Positions 16,535-24,079 of a stretch of 55,653 bases of DNA are shown one piece after another. Source of the DNA: a virus (taxonomy: Duplodnaviria > Caudoviricetes); IMG/VR virus record IMGVR_UViG_3300011114_000465, positions 1-55,653 of that record, one strand, 5' to 3'. Both the position numbers and the translations under genes were made by a program. The notes under the pieces are model-generated. The model ran no database searches. It was not told the DNA's origin and worked only from the letters and a program-made list of their open reading frames with translations. The first letter of the stretch is position 1; every line of letters starts with the position of its first letter.

Positions 16535-19500
16535 ATGGCTAATTGCACGTATCGGTTCACCGACGCGGACGGCAAAGAGCAAGTCATCGAAGGCCAAGCC
16601 GCGTTCAAAGCGTACCTGGCCAGCGGTGGCCTGGAACACTTGCTTCCATCCAGAGCTGTAGAAAAAGCTGATGAAGGCAGCCCCTTCACGGTTGCTTTTA
16701 GCAATAAGCAGACACCGGTTTCCGAATGGCCGGAAACTGAAAAACACATAGGCCGAGTTACAAGCTACGAAGCAAAGCCGGGTGAGTTCATTACCGTGTT
16801 ACGCCTGGCCAATATGGAAGGACTAGATAACGCCAACGCGGCCAGCGTAGAAGGTTTGTATACCTACCTGTCAATGGTTGATGATAGAGAATCCGCAGCT
16901 GGCGGAGAAGCTAAAGACTCTGACACCATCTATGCTTACAAGGTTCAAGTTCCTGAAAAAGGATTTAAGGAGTACGCCGCAAACCGTGGCGGAAAAGCAA
17001 TCGGTTTGCAAGATGAGGTTACCGGTGCAGGGCGCATGCCTGCAAAATGGGGCGGCTTCTGGTATTCATTTCCAGTAGGAACAAAGGCCGAGCTGTTAGG
17101 TTCAATACCCCTGGCCACCGCGCGGTCCACGTTAAAGGAAATGGCGGACTCTGATAATTTCGATTACGCGGGATCAGAGCTTGGGGCCAAGGCTTTGTAT
17201 GCCGCATTTAACACGGAAAGCAGCCCGCTGTTTAGCCGGTCTCAAAACGTGCCCGAGCTGGAGCCGGAAGACGTACTCAAGCCAAGCACGATTGCAGCCG
17301 CTGAGGCAGCCATCAAGCGTTACAAAAAGGCCGAGGCACCCGATACCCTTACCGCCAAACAACGGGCCGATGGTGAGGCTTTGCTCAAGCCCATGTTCGA
17401 TGGGGCCACACGCAATAAGGCAGACTTCGACAAGACCCTGGACCAGATTGCCGAAGGCTTGGGTGGCTACGCCAAGAAGCCGGGCATCAAAGGTTTGACC
17501 AGGGCCGTGACCAAGTTGATCACCGAGAACGGCAACGATCCAACCACGATGAAGGATTTGCTGCGCGGCACGATCGTGGTCAATACCTTCCAGGAAGCCC
17601 AGGAAGCGATCAATCAGATCGGCAAGGCGTATACCTTCGATCGGATTAAAAACCGCTTGGCTGTCGATCTGACAAGCCCTGACGGTACTGTGCTCAAGGG
17701 TGTTCCTTTGTCAACCGGATACCAAGACATCCTGACAAACGTGACCCTGGAAGATGGCACGGTTGCAGAGATTCAGATCAGCACGCCCGAGATGTTGGCT
17801 GCCAAGCATTTAGGCCATGAGGTTTATGCGTTTACAAGGGAGATGCCAGAAAGCCCTATTAAGGCCAAGATGGTTGACCTTCAAAAGCAGATTTACTCTG
17901 AGGGGTACGACGCTTATTTGGCGCGTGAAGCAAAGGCTTTAAAGACCCGTTCAAATTCAGCCTTGTCGACTGGGTCTCCTTTTTCCCGCACGTCCGAAGG
18001 GTTGCGCGGCTCAGGTGCTGGCAACCAGGCGGTGGCAGAACGCCAGCCAGGTGCGACTGTCACTGGCACCTCGTTCCAGTCAAAGAACATGGTGCCTGGT
18101 GGTAAGGATTTGAAGTCGAAGTCCATGTCACCAAGTATACCTGAAAGCATTGGTATCAACGTAAACCAGGACGGAAACAATAAATACGCCGACAAAATCG
18201 TTGACGGCGAGAAGACCTTAGAGACCCGCGCGTCTGATTCGTTGCGCCCATACGTCGGCAAACGGGTAGCCATTGTCCGTACTGGCGAAGGCCCGGCCAA
18301 GGCAATTGGCGCAGTGACGATTGGTGAGCCTATCAAGGTCACCACACAAAAACAGTTTGATCAATACCGCAATCAAACCCTGGTGCCCAAAGATTCCAAG
18401 TTCGACATCGCTCCAGGTGGTGTGAAGTATTTGTACCCCCTGGAAAACCCTGTTCGCTATGAGACTGAGCGCGATGTTGGCCAAGGCATCGTGGCTCGTA
18501 AGGTCATCGTGCCGGTAACCCGGGCTGCGCAAAAGAACGCAGCAGCCAGTCGCGTGGACAACGTATCAGCTGATCGATTCAAACGAACCGAACAACTCCA
18601 GCAAGCCGTCGCCGATCTGCAAGATGGCAAGATTACACGCACCGAGTACAACCGCATGGTCGACCAGGTGCGCCCGGTCTACCCATACAAAGAAGTACCC
18701 GCAGTCACGGCGGTCAAAGACGCTCGATACGCCCTGGCCACAGGCAAAGGCCAAAGCCCAGAGAAGGCAGCCAAGTACGGCCTGCCTGCCATGACATTCA
18801 AGCAAGGCGATTGGGCACAGTTGCGTTTGGACATTCCGTCATATCAGCTGCATGACACCTGGGTGGTCAGCGTACACACGCCCAAGTCAACCAACCGCGA
18901 AGTCCAAGCTGCATACGACGCTGGTCCAGTGGTCGGCTATGAGTCCGTGGCCGCGTTGAAAGACGTGACCTTTGGCATGAACCAAAAGGCCGCAGCCAAG
19001 ATAGCTACAGGCACCGCCAAGGGCACGATCGCTACCATGCTTGGCAAGTGGTCACCCATCAGCAGGGCCGACGCTAAGGCCCGCGCTGATGCGGCCCTCA
19101 ATGACCCAGCCTGGGTACAGGTTGGCATGGACCCATTCCGCCACAGCTACTTCTACAACCGCGACACCATGCAGCCGATCGTTCGCGCTGATGAGGTGAT
19201 CCAGATCGGCCCCTTGGTCTTGGCCAAGAACCCAGGATACAGCGAGGACGTTGACATCACTGGTGCCCCTTTCGCGTTTAGCAAGCGTGAAGAGATTGTC
19301 CAGATCGCGGACGACGCTGCACGCCAGGCCGTGTTCCTCCAGCAAAAGGCCGAAGAGGCTGGCTACAAAACAGTCGATGATTTTGTTGACAACGACTACA
19401 ACAAATTTGTTGAAGCAGCTAAGCAATGGCGTGAAGAGAACCCGGCTGAGATGATGTTCCAGAAACGTCAGACCAACCCGCCGGAATTAAAACGCTGGTT

Positions 19501-22500
19501 CAGAGACAGCAAAGCGGTTGATGCTAACGGCGAGCCGATGGTTCTTTACCGAGGCGAACATGGCGAAAGCGGGGACATGGATTTCCAATCACGCGTTGCG
19601 TCGCTATCGTTCGGCACCAAAGAGCTGGCCAATTTGTATGCTGAAAAACCAAATAGGTTTGGCGATCGGACCGTCAACCCTCGCGTCATTCCTGTGTATG
19701 TGCGTATTGAAAATCCTTTGATCAATACCCCGAATGACCCGTTCATTGAGTTGGGCGATGTGATCGATAAACTGGGTATGGATGTGGCCAAGTCAGCCGC
19801 ACACAAACTGTATGACGACATCTATAACTCAGGCCCTTGGTTTAGCACGTACTCAGAAAAGTATGAAGGCATTGACGCGCTGATTAAAAAAGACCCCGAG
19901 GCTTTGCGCAATTTGTATGTGTTGGCCTGGAAGTTTTTTGATGATTTTGAATTTGTAAATGCGGCCAAGAAGGCGGGATACGATGGCGCTATTCATGCGG
20001 AATACGGCGCTCATTCTGAAAACGAACAAGGCGCAGAGTACAAAGTGTTTGACCAATCCCAGGTCAAGTCAGCCATCGGCAACAACGGCGAGTTTGATGA
20101 GAACAACCCAGACATCCGCTTTGCACGCAAGCCCCTGGGCCGTGAGACTGAGGGTTGGATATTCAGCCGCGATGAGTTGGGTCGCTTCCGCTTCGGCGCT
20201 GGCGCAAAGGCTTATCGATATGCAGCAGACGTGGCCAACATCGTTCTTGGCAAGATTAACTTGAAGCCAGTCAGCCCTGAGCTGTCACGCGCCCTGCGCA
20301 AGATGCGCGTTGAAATAGATAAGGCTCAAAACTTGACGGTCGATGTGGCCAAGAATCTCAAAGACTTGCCCAAGCAAGAACGCGACATGATCAGCGATGT
20401 GATTGAAGGCGAACTCAAAGCTGGTATTCGCCCACCAAAACGCGTGCTTGAATTAGCTGCGTCTATGCAGTCGATCATGTCTGAACAGACAGCAGAGCTG
20501 GTGCGCCTGGGCATGCTTTCGCCCCAGGCCGCTGGCCGCTGGGATGGCAAGTACCTGCCACGCTTCTACGAACAAAAGCTCGGCGACGAAACCAAGGCAT
20601 GGATGAAAGCGGTCAAGAATTTGCTGGCCCGCAAGACAACCATGCAAGGTATTCGCGGCAGCAGTCTGAAAGCACGGGGCATGTTCCAAAACGTACCAGT
20701 GGCTGAGCTTGATGACTGGACCAACGAAGGCTGGCAAGTTCGAGATGACAACTTTGATCCAGCGGTCGATGACACCATTACGATCTGGCGCGATTACACG
20801 CGCGATGAACGCGACGACATGGGTGAGATTCGTGATGCCATGTTCCGCTTTGTCATGGGCTACAACAAGAGCCAGCGCGACATTGCTCTTGGTCGTTTGT
20901 ATGAAAACCTAGCCGCCAACTACGGCAAAAAACGTGAAGAGCCTGGCTACGTACAAGTACCTGCGACCAAAGTCGAAGACACCATGGTCCCCCGATACGG
21001 CAAGCTCGCGGGCAAATGGGTGCCAAAAGAAATTCTTCATCAACTCGAAGGCTTTGATCAATCGATGCAAAACGATTTGATCAAGATATACCTCAAGGGT
21101 TTGTCGATGTGGAAAGAAGGCAAGACTGTTCTCAACCCAGTCGCTCACGCAAACAACGTGCTGTCGAACTTGACGATGGCCCACTTTGCTGGCGTGTCTT
21201 ACTGGGATACACACAAGTACGTTGGCGCAATTGCCGACCTGGTCAAAGGTAAGGCCATGGTTGACGAAGCAAGGGAAGCCGGTTTATTTGGTGCCACGTT
21301 TGATCGCGCCGAGCTGATGAAAGTCATGCCTGAAGAACTCAAAGCCATGGCGCAAATGACCGAGTCAGCCGTTGCTCGCAACGTCGACCGTCTGTGGAAC
21401 GCGCTGTCTTTGTTCTTGCGCAAACCAATGGGCGCAGCATACGGTGCTGAAGACGAATTCTTCCGGTACATGATTTATCGCGATGCACGCAATCGCGGTT
21501 TAGGCGTGGATGATTCAGTTGACTATGCGCAAAAGTACATCTTCACATACGACGATTTGCCAAAGACCGCACGCATCATTCGCGACATGCCTCTTGGTTT
21601 GCCTTTCTTCAGCTACACGTTCAAGGCCATTCCGGCTTTGGCCAACACCGCTTTGGAACACCCGTTCCGTTATGCCGCGCCAGCGGTTGCCTTGTACACC
21701 GCAAACGCAATGATGTATGCAATGGCTGCAAGCCTGGGCGGTGGTGATGACGAAGACTGGTGGACCGTGATTCGTCGTTACATGACAGACGAAGAGTTCC
21801 GCAACAAGGCCAAGGCCATGGAGAAGCAAGAGCGTCAGTTCTTGCCGGATTGGATGAAGGGCGCAAGCCTGTCATTGGGCACTGAAAAAACCATACGCTT
21901 AGGCATGGACGACGTGACGAACTTACCGGTCTTCCTGGACGTAAGTCGCATTTTCCCGGGCGGTGATTTGTTTGATGCTCACAACAATGCGGGTGGCGTT
22001 CCCATGCTGGCACCGTTGACACCGAACAACCCAATCTTGACTTCTATTGTTGCGCTTAGTTACAACAAAGACACATTCCGAAATAAAGAGATTACCCTTA
22101 AAACCGACACCGACGCAGAGGCCGCGCAAAAACGTGCGGCCTGGGCTTGGAAACAGGTTACACCTGCAATCTCTTTGGGCAACACATTGTTTGAACGTGC
22201 AATGAATGTGATCGCCAACAGCACCGGCGAACCAGTTGACGTGGGCCTGGCCGAGTACACCGGCATCGGCGCAGATGGTTTGCCCATCCAACCTAAATAC
22301 GCAGCGATGCAAACCGTGGGTATTAAGGCGCGACCTATTGACCTTGATACATCAGAGAAGATTCAAGAGTCGCAAACCAAGGCGATGATACGAGACTTGG
22401 ATACTCAGATGCGCAAGCTCAAGCGTTTGGAAGGCAAAGGCGCAATCACCCCCGAAACATCCGAGCGTGAACGTGAGAAATTGCGTCAGAAGAAACAGTT

Positions 22501-22543
22501 TCTAAAAGAGGGGCTGACTGTTGAGGGGGAGGAGAAAGACTAA
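16535..22543 (+). CDS. Giant polyvalent virion protein 2: RelA/SpoT-like synthetase, ASCH, unknown domains, ART-like domain, large helical C-terminus
   Basis: IKGLTRAVTK..DLLRGTI..GYQD..EIQI..HEVY; IVDGEKTLETR; GEPMVLYRG..GYDG..QVKSAIGNNGEFD. Confidence 0.8.
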   Translation: MANCTYRFTDADGKEQVIEGQAAFKAYLASGGLEHLLPSRAVEKADEGSPFTVAFSNKQTPVSEWPETEKHIGRVTSYEAKPGEFITVLRLANMEGLDNANAASVEGLYTYLSMVDDRESAAGGEAKDSDTIYAYKVQVPEKGFKEYAANRGGKAIGLQDEVTGAGRMPAKWGGFWYSFPVGTKAELLGSIPLATARSTLKEMADSDNFDYAGSELGAKALYAAFNTESSPLFSRSQNVPELEPEDVLKPSTIAAAEAAIKRYKKAEAPDTLTAKQRADGEALLKPMFDGATRNKADFDKTLDQIAEGLGGYAKKPGIKGLTRAVTKLITENGNDPTTMKDLLRGTIVVNTFQEAQEAINQIGKAYTFDRIKNRLAVDLTSPDGTVLKGVPLSTGYQDILTNVTLEDGTVAEIQISTPEMLAAKHLGHEVYAFTREMPESPIKAKMVDLQKQIYSEGYDAYLAREAKALKTRSNSALSTGSPFSRTSEGLRGSGAGNQAVAERQPGATVTGTSFQSKNMVPGGKDLKSKSMSPSIPESIGINVNQDGNNKYADKIVDGEKTLETRASDSLRPYVGKRVAIVRTGEGPAKAIGAVTIGEPIKVTTQKQFDQYRNQTLVPKDSKFDIAPGGVKYLYPLENPVRYETERDVGQGIVARKVIVPVTRAAQKNAAASRVDNVSADRFKRTEQLQQAVADLQDGKITRTEYNRMVDQVRPVYPYKEVPAVTAVKDARYALATGKGQSPEKAAKYGLPAMTFKQGDWAQLRLDIPSYQLHDTWVVSVHTPKSTNREVQAAYDAGPVVGYESVAALKDVTFGMNQKAAAKIATGTAKGTIATMLGKWSPISRADAKARADAALNDPAWVQVGMDPFRHSYFYNRDTMQPIVRADEVIQIGPLVLAKNPGYSEDVDITGAPFAFSKREEIVQIADDAARQAVFLQQKAEEAGYKTVDDFVDNDYNKFVEAAKQWREENPAEMMFQKRQTNPPELKRWFRDSKAVDANGEPMVLYRGEHGESGDMDFQSRVASLSFGTKELANLYAEKPNRFGDRTVNPRVIPVYVRIENPLINTPNDPFIELGDVIDKLGMDVAKSAAHKLYDDIYNSGPWFSTYSEKYEGIDALIKKDPEALRNLYVLAWKFFDDFEFVNAAKKAGYDGAIHAEYGAHSENEQGAEYKVFDQSQVKSAIGNNGEFDENNPDIRFARKPLGRETEGWIFSRDELGRFRFGAGAKAYRYAADVANIVLGKINLKPVSPELSRALRKMRVEIDKAQNLTVDVAKNLKDLPKQERDMISDVIEGELKAGIRPPKRVLELAASMQSIMSEQTAELVRLGMLSPQAAGRWDGKYLPRFYEQKLGDETKAWMKAVKNLLARKTTMQGIRGSSLKARGMFQNVPVAELDDWTNEGWQVRDDNFDPAVDDTITIWRDYTRDERDDMGEIRDAMFRFVMGYNKSQRDIALGRLYENLAANYGKKREEPGYVQVPATKVEDTMVPRYGKLAGKWVPKEILHQLEGFDQSMQNDLIKIYLKGLSMWKEGKTVLNPVAHANNVLSNLTMAHFAGVSYWDTHKYVGAIADLVKGKAMVDEAREAGLFGATFDRAELMKVMPEELKAMAQMTESAVARNVDRLWNALSLFLRKPMGAAYGAEDEFFRYMIYRDARNRGLGVDDSVDYAQKYIFTYDDLPKTARIIRDMPLGLPFFSYTFKAIPALANTALEHPFRYAAPAVALYTANAMMYAMAASLGGGDDEDWWTVIRRYMTDEEFRNKAKAMEKQERQFLPDWMKGASLSLGTEKTIRLGMDDVTNLPVFLDVSRIFPGGDLFDAHNNAGGVPMLAPLTPNNPILTSIVALSYNKDTFRNKEITLKTDTDAEAAQKRAAWAWKQVTPAISLGNTLFERAMNVIANSTGEPVDVGLAEYTGIGADGLPIQPKYAAMQTVGIKARPIDLDTSEKIQESQTKAMIRDLDTQMRKLKRLEGKGAITPETSEREREKLRQKKQFLKEGLTVEGEEKD
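17914..18126 (-). CDS. Putative antisense nested gene (70 aa), candidate antitoxin of RelA/SpoT-like domain
   Basis: TATACT 7 nt before ATG (leaderless layout); globular-looking aromatic-rich product opposite a low-complexity linker. Confidence 0.65.
   Translation of the reverse strand: MDFDFKSLPPGTMFFDWNEVPVTVAPGWRSATAWLPAPEPRNPSDVREKGDPVDKAEFERVFKAFASRAK
18134..18139 (-). promoter_or_regulatory. -10 box for leaderless antisense transcript
   Basis: TATACT on minus strand; no correctly spaced -35 found. Confidence 0.5.
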
Positions 22544-22745
22544 GGCGCATGTCGTCCAGTCTTTCCACCAATCGATTGATTCGTTTCTGGTTGTACTCAA
22601 CCATGGCCACGTAATATTCAACCGATGTCTCTGCATCCATCTTGGCCAGCTGAGCTTCAAGCAGTTCATGTTCAGCAATTTCAATCGGTGTTTTGGACCG
22701 AAAGAAGTCGCGCACAAATTGAAGAATCAGTTCACGCTTGGTCAT
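22446..22745 (-). CDS. Hypothetical protein
   Basis: ATGA-coupled to upstream ORF; overlaps 3' end of polyvalent gene convergently. Confidence 0.6.
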   Translation of the reverse strand: MTKRELILQFVRDFFRSKTPIEIAEHELLEAQLAKMDAETSVEYYVAMVEYNQKRINRLVERLDDMRLSLSPPPQQSAPLLETVSSDAISHVHARMFRG

Positions 22746-22981
22746 GGTTTGTCCTTCACCCATAGGCAGTCAAAACAAATTTTCATCATCCAACGCACAA
22801 ACCAATTTGGCTCCTTGCCTTTGGTTGGTCGATAAATAATTCCTACGCCACCGGGTCGATTGCCAAACAAATAGCATTGCCATTCAGACTGTTGTGGTGT
22901 TGGTTGAAATTTGTAGTCTTTTTTTACGATGAACTTGGCGTATTCCTCATCAAATGCTTTGTTGATTTCATAGTTGTTCAT
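22742..22981 (-). CDS. Hypothetical protein
   Basis: Coupled ORF in leftward operon. Confidence 0.65.
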   Translation of the reverse strand: MNNYEINKAFDEEYAKFIVKKDYKFQPTPQQSEWQCYLFGNRPGGVGIIYRPTKGKEPNWFVRWMMKICFDCLWVKDKP

Positions 22982-23211
22982 TGCTTGAGGTCCCTGATAT
23001 AGACCGCGAAGCTGCTCATGGTGTCGTGGCCAAAGCCTTTGAGCTTCTCGACGTGTTGAGCTACTTCTTCGATCACGTTGTTGCGCAGCTCATCGTAAAA
23101 CTCTTGAGGAGTTTTGGATTCGATGACCTCGACGCGTTCTTTGACACCTTGCATGTCTTGCTCCAATCTTTGCACTTGATCTTCAATTTGTCTTTTGCGA
23201 TTTAGTGACAT
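22978..23211 (-). CDS. Hypothetical protein
   Basis: Probable start MSLNRKRQ; coupled stop/start. Confidence 0.6.
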   Translation of the reverse strand: MSLNRKRQIEDQVQRLEQDMQGVKERVEVIESKTPQEFYDELRNNVIEEVAQHVEKLKGFGHDTMSSFAVYIRDLKQ

Positions 23212-23413
23212 CTTTTTTCCTGGCTGCGTGAAGTCTTGCAATTCTCTCTTCTTTGCTTTTCTTTTTGAACTCTTCGTCGTAAACGGCAATCACAGATTCC
23301 AATGTTCCAAACGTGTGCAAGTTACCGCATTCATAACGGCGGTAAATTCCGCCTTGCCGTTTACGCGTTTCTTTAAGATCAACCCAGGCGTTGCATACTG
23401 CGCACGTCTTCAT
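23183..23413 (-). CDS. Zinc-ribbon protein (NrdR N-terminal-like)
   Basis: CAVC..ETR..RRYECGNLHTFGTLE. Confidence 0.7.
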   Translation of the reverse strand: MKTCAVCNAWVDLKETRKRQGGIYRRYECGNLHTFGTLESVIAVYDEEFKKKSKEERIARLHAARKKDVTKSQKTN

Positions 23414-23766
23414 GTCATCACCCCGGCCAGGGCCTGAGTCATTTCACGCATGCGCTTTTTCGCGCGGTATGCAGCAGACCGCTCAGTCGCTGGCTTGCGA
23501 TGCCGGGCCTTGTCTTTACCTGGACCCAGCTTGTAAATCTTTATCACGTCCCTACCCCTGGCATCTTTCTCCCAGCTGTTGATGTGCGCAGCACCGGCTG
23601 AGTGCAACTCGCGCGTGTACTGCAACACGGTGACATAGTGCAAGCCGGTCATCTCGGCCAGCTCCACGCAACTGTAGTTGCCGTCCCACAAAAACTTGAT
23701 CAGCTGAGCTTGGCTGATGGCGTTAATCTTAATGAGCTTCTTGTTCTTGGTGTTGGGCGGGTTCAT
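23410..23766 (-). CDS. HTH DNA-binding protein
   Basis: ELAEMTGLHYVTV helix-turn-helix. Confidence 0.7.
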   Translation of the reverse strand: MNPPNTKNKKLIKINAISQAQLIKFLWDGNYSCVELAEMTGLHYVTVLQYTRELHSAGAAHINSWEKDARGRDVIKIYKLGPGKDKARHRKPATERSAAYRAKKRMREMTQALAGVMT

Positions 23767-23864
23767 GCAAGACCCCAGCCTGCCCATATAAAGCCCGAGA
23801 TAATCCCGGTGCATAGCCAAGCCAAGCACCAGATCAATACAAAGATGACGAAGTACTTCACCAT
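23763..23864 (-). CDS. Small membrane peptide (33 aa)
   Basis: GAGG RBS, hydrophobic, coupled to next gene. Confidence 0.45.
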   Translation of the reverse strand: MVKYFVIFVLIWCLAWLCTGIISGFIWAGWGLA

Positions 23865-24079
23865 GTCACCTCTTGAAGTTTCTGTATGTAGTGCGCGAGC
23901 TTGCCAGCGTCGTCGCTGTTTTCTTTCTTGCCTTGGCGCATGCTGTACTTGATGATGTTGCCTTTGAGAAACCCCTGGAACTCTTCGGGCGTGAGCACTG
24001 CCTGCATCACGGTCCAGGGCTGCACTGGCATATCTTTGTAGTGGCTGCCGCCAACTTGTGTTTCGTCTGCGCTCATCAA
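23858..24079 (-). CDS. DUF3310 (SaV-like) protein
   Basis: QVGGSHY..GFLKGNIIKY..R.GKK..D..K..HY. Confidence 0.85.
   Translation of the reverse strand: MMSADETQVGGSHYKDMPVQPWTVMQAVLTPEEFQGFLKGNIIKYSMRQGKKENSDDAGKLAHYIQKLQEVTW

Noticed and set aside
16878-17078. +1-frame ORF in polyvalent protein 2
   Set aside because: No Shine-Dalgarno or promoter, and the host frame is not linker-like
18127-18345. N-terminal extension of the antisense ORF (143-aa version in track)
   Set aside because: Lies opposite the ASCH domain and upstream of the -10 box; the ATG at 18126 is better supported
10766-22543. N4-like virion RNA polymerase
   Set aside because: Despite the N4-type capsid, no RNA polymerase catalytic motifs were recognised in either giant ORF
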